Assembly: GCF_004342085.1 (NCBI RefSeq) | Contig: NZ_SLWM01000034.1 | Coordinates: 1 to 24,000, forward strand | Direction of reading: 5' to 3' | Length of the DNA: 24,000 bases | Source: Kribbella orskensis | Lineage (GTDB): Bacteria > Actinomycetota > Actinomycetes > Propionibacteriales > Kribbellaceae | Shown: positions 14,980 through 23,610 of the stretch, piece by piece | Layout of the letters: every line of letters begins with the position of its first letter | How positions within the stretch are numbered: position 1 is the first letter of the stretch | The notes under the pieces: generated by a model | Told to the model about the DNA's origin: nothing | Databases searched by the model: none | What the model saw: only the letters and a program-made list of their open reading frames with translations | Translations under genes and position numbers: made by a program

Positions 14980-15936
14980 ATGTTGGAGACGTCGGCGCGG
15001 TTGCTTCGCTTGTTGTCGTTGTTGCAGGGGCGGCGGGACTGGGGTGGGCCGGAATTGGCGGAGCGGCTCGGCGTGTCTACGCGGACGCTCAGGGCCGACG
15101 TGGAGAAGCTGCGCGCGCTGGGGTATCCGGTGGAGGCTCGGCCTGGGGTGGCGGGTGGGTATCGGTTGGGGGCCGGGGGGCAGATGCCGCCGTTGTTGTT
15201 GGATGACGAGGAAGCGGTGGCTGTGGCGGTCGGGTTGGGGGCTGCGGCGGGTGGGGGTGTGACGGGGATTCAGGAGACGTCTGTCAGGGCGTTGGTGAAG
15301 TTGGAGCAGGTGTTGCCGGCTCGGCTTCGGCATCGGGTGCGGAGTCTGCAGGCGGCGACGCTGACTGTGCCAGGATCCGGGCCGACTGTGGATGCTGAGG
15401 TGTTGACGGCGGTTGCGGGGGCGATCAGGGCTAGTGAGCGGTTGCGGTTCGACTATCTGAAGAGGGATGGGGAGGGAAGCGCCCGAACTACGGAGCCGCA
15501 TCGGCTGGTGGCGTGGGGGCGGCGGTGGTACTTGGTGGCGTGGGATGTGGAGCGGGGGGACTGGCGGACGTTCCGGGTGGATCGGGTGGTGCCTCGTACG
15601 CCGACTGGGCCGCGGTTCGTGCCCCGGGAGCTCGATGAGGAGAGCGTGAAGGAGTTCGTGCAGCGGACAGTGGGAACCGCGTCCTGGCAGTACCGGGCGA
15701 AGGTGCGCGTACATGCTTCGGCGGAGTACGTGCAGGGGCGGATGCCGATTCCGATTGATGCGGAAGTCATTGACGACAACACATGTGTGGTGGAGTTTGG
15801 GTCGGATGGGCCGCATGAGTTGGCGTTGTGGCTGGGGATGTTGGATGCGGACTTTGAAGTGATTGACGCGCCGGAGTTGGCGGCCGCGGTACGGGCGGTC
15901 GGGGATCGGTATCACCGAGCGGCTGGGCCGGCCTAG
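14980..15936 (+). CDS. WYL-domain transcriptional regulator (YafY/HTH_11-WYL-WCX architecture)
   Basis: N-terminal wHTH: RLLRLLSLLQGRRDWGGPELAERLGVSTRTLRADVEKLRALGYPVEARPGVAGGYRL. WYL domain: RLRFDYLKRDGEGSARTTEPHRLVAWGRRWYLVAWDVERGDWRTFRVDRV. The C-terminal extension domain is present. Confidence 0.9.
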   Translation: MLETSARLLRLLSLLQGRRDWGGPELAERLGVSTRTLRADVEKLRALGYPVEARPGVAGGYRLGAGGQMPPLLLDDEEAVAVAVGLGAAAGGGVTGIQETSVRALVKLEQVLPARLRHRVRSLQAATLTVPGSGPTVDAEVLTAVAGAIRASERLRFDYLKRDGEGSARTTEPHRLVAWGRRWYLVAWDVERGDWRTFRVDRVVPRTPTGPRFVPRELDEESVKEFVQRTVGTASWQYRAKVRVHASAEYVQGRMPIPIDAEVIDDNTCVVEFGSDGPHELALWLGMLDADFEVIDAPELAAAVRAVGDRYHRAAGPA

Positions 15937-16205
15937 TTATCTGTCGCGGTCGGGTGCGCTATCGCGATGTTGGTGCGCTGGTGGACGGGGAGACACGGGG
16001 GTTGGTCTGCTTGACGTGGCGCCGGATGCCGGGCCGTACCACCCATGTCGCCTGAGGAGGTAGGCGTTGATTCCGGCGGCGACGTCTCTAGGCCTAGTGC
16101 CTGCGCTCTGCGCGGCACTGTATGTTCGTGCCGCACACCGGTGTGACCCTCGGTGTGTTCCCAGCGCACGTGTCGGTCTGGGGCGGCGCTGCTTAGCGTC
16201 TTGGC

Positions 16206-16967
16206 ATGAGCGATCAGCGACTTGGCGAGCTGGCAGGGCGTTCGGTTGTTGTCACCGGGGGCGCGAGTGGGATCGGTGCAGCCTGCGCGGCAAGGCTCGC
16301 CGAGGCGGGGGCCGAGGTGGTCGTTGTCGACCTCGACGGTCCAGGAGCCAAGCAGGTTGCGAACCAGATCGGTGGCTCGGCCATCACTCTGGATCTGTCC
16401 GATCTCGGGGCTGTGGACACGCTCGACCTGCGCTGCGACATCTTGATCAACAACGCCGGACTGCAACATATCAGTGCGATCGAGGACTTCTCACCGGAGC
16501 GGTTTTCGCACATGCTGCGGGTCATGCTCGAAGCCCCCTTTCGTCTGGTCCGGCAGGTGCTGCCGCAGATGTATGCCAGGAAATGGGGCCGGATCATCAA
16601 CATCTCGTCCGTCCACGGGCTGCGGGCCTCGCCGTACAAGGCTGCGTACGTCACAGCGAAGCACGGGCTCGAGGGACTGTCCAAGGTGATCGCGTTGGAG
16701 GGCGCGGCTCGTGGTGTGACCTCTAACTGCATCAACCCGGCTTACGTTCGTACTCCGCTGGTGGAGCAGCAGATCGCCTCGCAGGCCGTGGCCCATGGGA
16801 TCGAGCCCGACGAGGTGCTCGAGCAGATCATGCTGGCGCCCTTGGCGAAAAAGCAGCTGATCGAGCCGTCGCAGGTGGCCGAGTTCGCTGCCTACCTGTG
16901 CAGCCCGTACGCCGACGTGATGACCGGCAGCTCTTTCGTGATGGACGGAGGGTGGACAGCACGCTAG
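16206..16967 (+). CDS. Short-chain dehydrogenase/reductase, 3-hydroxybutyrate dehydrogenase-like
   Basis: - Cofactor-binding motif: VVVTGGASGIGAA (TGxxxGIG).
- NNAG motif: ILINNAGLQHISAIEDF.
- Catalytic motif: SSVHGLRASPYKAAYVTAKHGLEGLSK (S...YxxxK).
- The tail NCINPAYVRTPLVEQQI is typical of BdhA-type enzymes. Confidence 0.88.
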   Translation: MSDQRLGELAGRSVVVTGGASGIGAACAARLAEAGAEVVVVDLDGPGAKQVANQIGGSAITLDLSDLGAVDTLDLRCDILINNAGLQHISAIEDFSPERFSHMLRVMLEAPFRLVRQVLPQMYARKWGRIINISSVHGLRASPYKAAYVTAKHGLEGLSKVIALEGAARGVTSNCINPAYVRTPLVEQQIASQAVAHGIEPDEVLEQIMLAPLAKKQLIEPSQVAEFAAYLCSPYADVMTGSSFVMDGGWTAR

Positions 16968-18805
16968 ACGACACGCCTTTCCTCAGCCTGCTAGCTCGCG
17001 ACGCCTCAGCCGAGGAGTACGACGAGCCGTTGCGTACTGCGGTCGCCGAGGGCGCGAGCGAGAACGAGCTCCGGATCCTCGAACAGTCCAAGGCACTCGC
17101 GCTGAGAGTGCGTCGTGCGCTGGAGCACCGGCGTCGTCGCGAGATCGAGCTCGAGGCGTTGTTCGAGACAGCAGGAGATCTCGCCGGCCTGCAGGACGTG
17201 GACGCTGTGCTGCAGGCGATCGTGCGTCGTGCCCGAACCCTGCTGCACACCGATGTCGCTTATCTGACGCTGATCGATCCCGACCGCGGTGACACCTACA
17301 TGCGGGCGACCGCCGGCGCCGTTTCCGCGAGCTTCCGGCGGGTCCGGCTGGCGATGGGTGCGGGACTGGGTGGTCTCGTCGCCGACACGTCGACGCCGTA
17401 CGCCACCGACGACTACTTCGCCGACCAGCGGTTCGAGCATGTCGTCGATGTCGACAGTGCTGTTTCCGATGAGGGTCTCGTCGCGATTCTCGGGGTACCG
17501 CTACTGCTCGGACCGCAGGTTCTCGGGGTCCTGTTCGCGGCAGACCGGAGCAGGCGGCCGTTCGGACGCGACGAGATCTCGCTGCTGTGTTCGCTGGCAG
17601 CACACGCCGCGATCTCGATCGACGGAGCACGGCTGCTGGAGGAGGCTCGCGCCGCGGTTCGGGAGCTTGATGCGGCAAACAAGCTGGTCCGGCAGCACAG
17701 CGCGGCAGTGGAAAGAGCCGCCGAAGCGCACGACCGGTTCGCCGATCTCGCGCTCCGCGGAGGCGGGGTCGATGAGGTGGCCAAGGCGGTGACCGAGGTG
17801 CTCGGTGGCGACCTCACGGTGTTGGATCCGGAGGAAGCAGAGGTGCCGGCGGGGTGGCGGGAGGCGATCGCGGCATCGCGGGGCGAGGGCAGAGCGGTCT
17901 GTCGCGGGGGCACCTGGTTCGCTGCCGTGGTGGCAGGTTCGGAGGCGTTCGGAGCGCTGGTACTACGAGGTCGGGCCGACCTGGAGGACGCCGACCAGAG
18001 AGTGCTGGAACGCGCGGCGCTGGTGACCGCGCTGCTCCAGCTGATGAACCGGACTGCGATGGAGACCGAGAACCGGGTCCGCGGCGAGCTGATCTCCGAT
18101 CTGGTGACGAACGGCGAGCGCGCCGGTGACGGGCTGCGAGAGCGCGCTCGGCAGGTCGGATTCGATCTGGATGGCGAGTTCGCGGTCGTGGTCGCACAGA
18201 CCGATCGCGAACGCGCCCACCGGCTGGCCTTCGCGGCCAGCCACCTTGCCGCACAGAGTGACGGAATCGCCGGGCTGCACCAGGACCGCGCAGTACTGCT
18301 ACTGCCTGGCGAGGAGGCGGGGGCGGCCGCACGGCGGATGGCCAAGGAGTTGGCGGTTGCCATCGGCCAGCCGGTGACAGCCGGGGCAGCGGGACCGGTA
18401 TCGAGCCCGGAACGTGTTCCGGGCTCCTATGCCGAGTCGGTGCGCTGCCTGGAGGCGCTGACGGCTCTGGGACGGCACGGGGATGGAACGAGCAGCCGTG
18501 AGCTCGGCTTCATCGGAGTACTGCTTGGCGAGTCGCGTGGCGTTGAAGGGTTCGTCAATGCGGTGCTTGGTCCGGTTCTCGAGTACGACGAACGCCGTGG
18601 CACCGGGCTGCTCCAAACCCTGGAGACGTACTTCGCCAACGGGGGCAACCTCACCCGTGCCAAGGACGATCTCCACGTGCACGTGAACACCGTTGCCCAG
18701 CGCCTCGATCGGGTGTCGCAATTGCTCGGCAGCGACTGGCAGGACGCCGAGCCTGCGCTGGAGATCCAGCTAGCACTGCGGCTACACCGCCTGGTGCGTT
18801 CGTAA
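16952..18805 (+). CDS. GAF-domain / PucR-family transcriptional regulator
   Basis: GAF-like region: VDAVLQAIVRRARTLLHTDVAYLTLIDPDRGDTYMRA ... VAILGVPLLLGPQVLGVLFAADR. PucR C-terminal HTH: LLQTLETYFANGGNLTRAKDDLHVHVNTVAQRLDRVSQLLG. The start is uncertain: the ORF opens at 16898 inside the SDR gene, and GTG 16952 is chosen as the minimal-overlap option. Confidence 0.85.
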   Translation: MDSTLDDTPFLSLLARDASAEEYDEPLRTAVAEGASENELRILEQSKALALRVRRALEHRRRREIELEALFETAGDLAGLQDVDAVLQAIVRRARTLLHTDVAYLTLIDPDRGDTYMRATAGAVSASFRRVRLAMGAGLGGLVADTSTPYATDDYFADQRFEHVVDVDSAVSDEGLVAILGVPLLLGPQVLGVLFAADRSRRPFGRDEISLLCSLAAHAAISIDGARLLEEARAAVRELDAANKLVRQHSAAVERAAEAHDRFADLALRGGGVDEVAKAVTEVLGGDLTVLDPEEAEVPAGWREAIAASRGEGRAVCRGGTWFAAVVAGSEAFGALVLRGRADLEDADQRVLERAALVTALLQLMNRTAMETENRVRGELISDLVTNGERAGDGLRERARQVGFDLDGEFAVVVAQTDRERAHRLAFAASHLAAQSDGIAGLHQDRAVLLLPGEEAGAAARRMAKELAVAIGQPVTAGAAGPVSSPERVPGSYAESVRCLEALTALGRHGDGTSSRELGFIGVLLGESRGVEGFVNAVLGPVLEYDERRGTGLLQTLETYFANGGNLTRAKDDLHVHVNTVAQRLDRVSQLLGSDWQDAEPALEIQLALRLHRLVRS

Positions 18806-18966
18806 AGGTCGGTTTTGCGGCCCGTTGGTCGCTCCATATTAAGGGCCATGTCGCACCGGTCCCGCCGTCGCCGCTGCCCGAGGTCGGCGCCACCTGCCTG
18901 GAGCCATCCGATCGGGCACGACGCGTCATCATTCCGGGTAGTGCCGGCGCGAAGCTCACCGCTGCG

Positions 18967-19536
18967 TTGCTGGGTCAAGGGCGACATGGCGTGGTGCTCG
19001 TCCACCAATCAGACGGGGACGTGTGCCAATGGCTGCCGTATGCCCGCGAACTCGTGCGGGCCGGCTACCTCGTTCTCGACCTCGACCTGAGGACATCCGG
19101 CTACGCGCAGTACGAAGGCGTGCAGCCGAGCCCGCTCGGTCTGTACGTCTCGGCGGCCGCAGGCTATCTGCGCAAGCAGGGTGCAGCCAAGGTCGTCCTG
19201 GTCGGTGCCTCGATGGGCGGGACCGCGTCGCTGGCCGCTGCGGCGATCACCACACCGCGAGTCGATGCAGTGGTGAGCCTGTCGGCCCCGGCGGAGTACG
19301 CCGGCATCGACGCCCGTACTGCGGCGGGTCTGCTGCGCGTGCCGGTGCTCTATGGGGTGGCAGCAGACGACAAGGACTTCGCCGATGCCAGCAGGCTCTT
19401 GCATGCGGCAACCAAATCGTCGAAGTCGCTCCACATCGTGCCGGGTGCCCTGCATGGTGTCGCCCTCCTTGCGCAGGACGGCGACGCGACGATACGGCGC
19501 ACGGTCGGCGCATTCGTCAACACGCACCTGCGGTAG
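18967..19536 (+). CDS. Small alpha/beta-fold hydrolase
   Basis: HGVVLVHQSDGD, the nucleophile elbow VLVGASMGGTASL (GxSxG), VPVLYGVAADDKDF and PGALHGVALL fit the Ser-Asp-His order. The start is TTG 18967. The same frame stays open and looks protein-like upstream (RVIIPGSAGAKLTAALL) with no canonical start codon, so the 5' end is uncertain. Confidence 0.7.
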   Translation: MLGQGRHGVVLVHQSDGDVCQWLPYARELVRAGYLVLDLDLRTSGYAQYEGVQPSPLGLYVSAAAGYLRKQGAAKVVLVGASMGGTASLAAAAITTPRVDAVVSLSAPAEYAGIDARTAAGLLRVPVLYGVAADDKDFADASRLLHAATKSSKSLHIVPGALHGVALLAQDGDATIRRTVGAFVNTHLR

Positions 19537-19549
19537 TGTCGCCAAGGGT

Positions 19550-20395
19550 TCAGCCGTCGACAAGTCCGGCGTTGCGCGCGGCCAAGGTCGCAACCACCAA
19601 GTCCTCGACGCCGGTCCCGACTGACAGGAAGATCGTGAGTTCGTCGTTGCGCAGAACCTCGCCCCGAGCGAGTGCGACCAGGTCGTCGACGACCTGCGCC
19701 CGACCCAGCAGCACCTCGCCGACCTCCCGCTGGTAGGACCCCACGGCGTTGATGTGCGTGCCAGGAGACACCTTCTCGGAGATCAGCACCGGCTCCGGGC
19801 TCGACGTACAGGTGCAGATCAGGTCCGCGCTGGACGCGTCCGCCGCGCTCGCTGCGACCGCCGGGTGGCCCTCGCCTCGCAGCATGGCGACGAATCGTTC
19901 GGTCGCCTCCGGTTCGCGTCCTACGACGTCGATCTGCTCCAAGGAGGGGCGGATCCAGCGCATCGCGCGGACGTGCTCGCGGGCCTGCACGCCAGTACCG
20001 AAGACTGCCAGGCGGCGTACGTCGTGACGCGCGAGGGCATCCGTGACGAGGGCCGAGACAGCCGGCGTACGACGTGCCGTCAGCGCGGCGCCGTCCAGAG
20101 TCGCTACGACAGCTCCTCCGTCACCGAAGAGGACGTACAACCCTTGGTGCCCGGAGGATCGGACGGTCATCGCGTTCACCCCGGCGAACCGGCCGACGAC
20201 CGCGGGCATCACCAGGAGGTTGCCAGAACCGAGGCCGGAGCCAGACGCCGAGCCAGAGTCATTGCTAAGGGCAACAAACTGGGAAGGCGCGATCGATGGA
20301 CCGGTGGCGAAGGTCTTTCGCAGTTCGGCGACCACTTCCTCGAAAGGCGCGAGCCGGTAGATCCGGCCCGCGTCGAGATGCGGCGGAGCGTTCAT
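19550..20395 (-). CDS. Ornithine cyclodeaminase / mu-crystallin family protein
   Basis: LTARRTPAVSALVTDALAR, RLAVFGTGVQAREHVRAM, ADLICTCTSSPEPV and PGTHINAVGSY are family hallmarks. The ATG lies 1 nt after the livM-like stop. Contains a low-complexity SGSASGSGLGSG insert. Confidence 0.85.
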   Translation of the reverse strand: MNAPPHLDAGRIYRLAPFEEVVAELRKTFATGPSIAPSQFVALSNDSGSASGSGLGSGNLLVMPAVVGRFAGVNAMTVRSSGHQGLYVLFGDGGAVVATLDGAALTARRTPAVSALVTDALARHDVRRLAVFGTGVQAREHVRAMRWIRPSLEQIDVVGREPEATERFVAMLRGEGHPAVAASAADASSADLICTCTSSPEPVLISEKVSPGTHINAVGSYQREVGEVLLGRAQVVDDLVALARGEVLRNDELTIFLSVGTGVEDLVVATLAARNAGLVDG

Positions 20396-20396
20396 G

Positions 20397-21458
20397 TCAG
20401 GGCTTCTGCGCTATGGCCGGTTCCTGCTCGGCCACAGCCGGCGCCGTACCGCTGAGGTGCGGCTCCGCATCCGGAACGTGGCGCCGCCGCCGCACCAGGT
20501 GCGCAACGGTTCCCCAGACCCCCCGCCGGAAGAGCAGCACGACGCCCACGAAGATGAGCCCGGTGATGAGGCCCGGGCCGGTGATGTTCAGTGGGCCGAT
20601 GTGGATGCCCGAGGTCGCGACGTAGTCCTCCACCTGCACGATCAGAGCCGCGCCGATCACGCTGCCCCACAACGTCCCGATACCACCGAGCACTGTCATG
20701 ATCACGACCTTGCCGGACGTCGTCCAGTACACCTCCTGCAGGGAGGCGAACCCGTGGCTGATGGCATACAGCCCACCAGCGAGCCCGGACAAACCCGCGG
20801 AGATGACGAAGATCATCACCTTGTACCGGTCGACCGGGAACCCCAGAGAGCGCGACCTGGCCGGGTTCTCACGGATCGCGACGAGCACCCGGCCGAAGGG
20901 GGAGTGGACCACCCGCCACGCGATGAGTAGTCCGATCAACGCGATCGGCAGCCCGGCGTAATAGAAGTAGAACGGGTCCGACAGATCCAGCCCGAACAGG
21001 TTCTTCGGGATCCCCTGCAGCCCGTTCTCCCCGCCGGTAAGGCCGCGCCACTGGTTCGCGACGTAGTACACCATCTGTGCGAACGCGAGAGTCACCATCG
21101 CGAAGTAGATGCCGGTACGCCGTACTGCGAGCAGCGCGATCGGCACCGCCAGCACCATCGCCACCACGGCCGCACCAGCCACCGCGAGGGGGAAAGGCGC
21201 GCCGGTCTTGATGGCGATCGTACCGGCCGCGTACGCCGCGGTGCCCCAGAATGCCGCATGACCGAACGAAAGCAGCCCGGTGAATCCGAGCAGCAGGTCG
21301 AGCGCCACGGCGAACAGCGCCCAGGCAACGATGTCCATCGCCACCGGCGGGTAGATGAGCCAGGGCAGCGCGAGCGCGATCAGCAGTCCGCCGAGTACCG
21401 CGACCAATCGCCACAGACGAGGCATCGCCCCCAGCTTGCGGAACACCAGCGCCGTCAT
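20397..21458 (-). CDS. livM: Branched-chain amino acid-type ABC transporter permease (LivM-like)
   Basis: Polytopic hydrophobic protein with LLGFTGLLSFGHAAFWGTAAYAAG (LivM signature G..G..S.GHA.F..I.AY). Overlaps the upstream permease gene by 4 nt. Confidence 0.9.
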   Translation of the reverse strand: MTALVFRKLGAMPRLWRLVAVLGGLLIALALPWLIYPPVAMDIVAWALFAVALDLLLGFTGLLSFGHAAFWGTAAYAAGTIAIKTGAPFPLAVAGAAVVAMVLAVPIALLAVRRTGIYFAMVTLAFAQMVYYVANQWRGLTGGENGLQGIPKNLFGLDLSDPFYFYYAGLPIALIGLLIAWRVVHSPFGRVLVAIRENPARSRSLGFPVDRYKVMIFVISAGLSGLAGGLYAISHGFASLQEVYWTTSGKVVIMTVLGGIGTLWGSVIGAALIVQVEDYVATSGIHIGPLNITGPGLITGLIFVGVVLLFRRGVWGTVAHLVRRRRHVPDAEPHLSGTAPAVAEQEPAIAQKP

Positions 21459-22327
21459 ACCGCGGTCTCCTCACGGCCGAACAGCCCAGCCGGCCGCCAC
21501 AGCAGCACGACGGCCATCAGGATGAAGACCGACGTGGTCGCCAGTCCGGGGACATACACGTTGCCGAGCGCCTGCAGCATGCCGATCAGGAACCCGGCGG
21601 CGACCGAGCCGAAGATCGAGCCGAGTCCGCCGATCACCACGACCGCGAACACAAGGATGATCAGGTCTGCCCCCATCAGCGGGCTGACCGCCCGCATCGG
21701 GGCAGCCAGTACGCCGGAGAGCGCGGCCAGGGCGATCCCGAACCCGAAGACCGGCGAGACCCACCGGCCGACATCGATGCCGAGAGCCCGGGTCAGCTCC
21801 GGTCGCTCGGTGGCTGCGCGGATGATCATCCCGACCCGAGTACGGGCCAGGAGCAACCAAGCACCGATGGAGACGAGTACGGAGAACACCAGCACGAACA
21901 CCTGGTACGCCGGGAAGTCGAACAGCCCGAGGTCGACCGTGCCGCGGAGGCCGGCTGGTTGCGGATAGGGCTGCGGCTGCGAGCCGTACTTCATCCGCAT
22001 CAGATCCTGGAAGATCAGCGTCAGGCCGAACGTCAGCAGGAAGTTGTACAGCGGGTCCAGCGCGATCAAGCGGCGTACGAGCAATCGCTCCAACCCCATC
22101 CCGAACAGGCCGAGCACCACTGGAACGATCACCAGGGCGAGCCAGAAGTTCACGCCGGCCTCGTTGAGCAGGATGAACGCGCCGAACGCACCGAGCATGT
22201 AGAACGCGCCATGGGCGAAGTTGACCACGCCGAGCATCCCGAAGATGATGGCCAACCCGAGTGCCAGCAGTGCGTAGAAGCTGCCGTTGACGAGTCCGTT
22301 GAAGGCGTGTTGAAGCAGATCGGTCAT
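21455..22327 (-). CDS. livH: Branched-chain amino acid-type ABC transporter permease (LivH-like)
   Basis: LVNGSFYALLALGLAIIFGMLGVVNFAHGAFYMLGAFGAF is the LivH/BPD_transp_2 N-terminal signature. Overlaps the binding-protein gene by 4 nt. Confidence 0.9.
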   Translation of the reverse strand: MTDLLQHAFNGLVNGSFYALLALGLAIIFGMLGVVNFAHGAFYMLGAFGAFILLNEAGVNFWLALVIVPVVLGLFGMGLERLLVRRLIALDPLYNFLLTFGLTLIFQDLMRMKYGSQPQPYPQPAGLRGTVDLGLFDFPAYQVFVLVFSVLVSIGAWLLLARTRVGMIIRAATERPELTRALGIDVGRWVSPVFGFGIALAALSGVLAAPMRAVSPLMGADLIILVFAVVVIGGLGSIFGSVAAGFLIGMLQALGNVYVPGLATTSVFILMAVVLLWRPAGLFGREETAV

Positions 22328-23586
22328 CCCTGGCCCATCTTGCAGGTGCTCTCGGACACCGGCTTGAATGCCTTGTCCGCGGGAATGGTGGTCACGATCT
22401 TCTCGTAGTCGTAGTCCTCCTTGACGTCGCTCTTCGGCTTCACCTCGGCGAGGTAGACGTCATGGATGACGCGGTGGTCCTCGGCCCGGATCTTGCCGTT
22501 GCGCAGGAAGAAGTCGTTGATCTCCTTGCCTTCCAGGTTCTTCACCACGTCGTCCGACGCGTCGGTGCCGGCAGCCTGGACGGCCTCGAGGTAGTTCATC
22601 GCGGCCGAGTAGTTGCCCGCGTGAGCGAACGACGGCCGGGAGCCGGTCTTCTCCTTGAACTTGTCGGCCCACTCGCGGTTCTGCTGGTCGAAGTTCCAGT
22701 ACCACGCGTCGGTGAACCGGGTGCCCGCCAGTGCGTCCGGCCCGAGCGAGTGGATGTCGGTGATGAACATCAGGCCGACCGACAGTCCGACGCCCTTGTC
22801 CTTGAGCTTGAACTGGTTGTACTGCTTCACCAGGTTCACCAGTTCACCGCCCGCGTGCATGGTGCCCAGTACGTCGGGCTTCGCGGCCGGCGCCTGCAGC
22901 AGCTGCGACGAGAAGTCGCCGCTGGTGTTCGGGAACTCCGAGGACTTCTTGCCGACGACCTTGCCGCCGGCCTTCTCGATCGCCGTGGAGAAGCTCTTCT
23001 CCATGTCCTGCCCGAACGCGTAGTCGGGGTAGACGATGTACCAGCTCTTCGCGCCGGCCTCGGTCACGGTCGTTCCGGTCCCGTTCGCGAGCATGTAGGT
23101 GTCGTACGCGTAGTGGAAGGTGTACTTGTTGCACTTGTCACCGGTCAGCGCGGTCGTCGCCGCGGTGATGTTGAAGTACAGCTTCTTCTTCGCCGCGGCC
23201 TGCCCGGCGACGGCGAGCGCGGCCGACGAGGTTGGTACGTCGAAGATGGCGTCGGCCTTCTGCCGGTCGTACATCTCCTGCGCCTTGGTGTTGGCCACCT
23301 CGGGCTTGTTCTGGTGGTCCGCGACGATCACCTCGATGTTCTTGCTGACGGCATCGTCGCCGTGTTTGGCCTTGAAGTCGTCGACGGCCATCTGCACCGC
23401 CTTGACGGCGTTCGGCCCGGACAACTCGCTGTAGATGCCGGTCTGGTCGTTGATGACGCCCAGCACGATCTTGTCGTCGCTGATCTTCCCGCCGTCACCG
23501 GATGGGCCGCCCGCTCCGCCGCCACAGGCCGCCAGCAGCGAGACGACCGCCAGGGTCGAGATCGCCGGGATGAGGTTTCGTCGCAT
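22324..23586 (-). CDS. ABC transporter substrate-binding lipoprotein (LivK/Peripla_BP_6-like)
   Basis: Lipoprotein signal MRRNLIPAISTLAVVSLLAACGGG (lipobox LAAC). The type I periplasmic binding fold pattern is IVLGVINDQTGIYSELSGPNAVKAVQMAVDDF ... VADHQNKPEVA. GAGGAG sits 5 nt upstream of the ATG. Confidence 0.9.
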   Translation of the reverse strand: MRRNLIPAISTLAVVSLLAACGGGAGGPSGDGGKISDDKIVLGVINDQTGIYSELSGPNAVKAVQMAVDDFKAKHGDDAVSKNIEVIVADHQNKPEVANTKAQEMYDRQKADAIFDVPTSSAALAVAGQAAAKKKLYFNITAATTALTGDKCNKYTFHYAYDTYMLANGTGTTVTEAGAKSWYIVYPDYAFGQDMEKSFSTAIEKAGGKVVGKKSSEFPNTSGDFSSQLLQAPAAKPDVLGTMHAGGELVNLVKQYNQFKLKDKGVGLSVGLMFITDIHSLGPDALAGTRFTDAWYWNFDQQNREWADKFKEKTGSRPSFAHAGNYSAAMNYLEAVQAAGTDASDDVVKNLEGKEINDFFLRNGKIRAEDHRVIHDVYLAEVKPKSDVKEDYDYEKIVTTIPADKAFKPVSESTCKMGQG

Positions 23587-23610
23587 CAGTTCTCCTCGAA
23601 TGGTGGTCAG

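Noticed and set aside
14608-15915. 435-aa minus-strand ORF, the longest ORF in this area
   Set aside because: The extremely Pro/Arg/His-rich product has no motifs. It is the antisense shadow of the G-rich WYL regulator gene, whose plus-strand product has clear HTH and WYL signatures.
16983-18363. Minus-strand ORFs of 231, 316 and 172 aa inside the PucR-family gene
   Set aside because: The Ala/Ser/Arg/Pro-rich translations are typical of off-frame reading in high-GC DNA. The plus-strand product has GAF and PucR HTH signatures.
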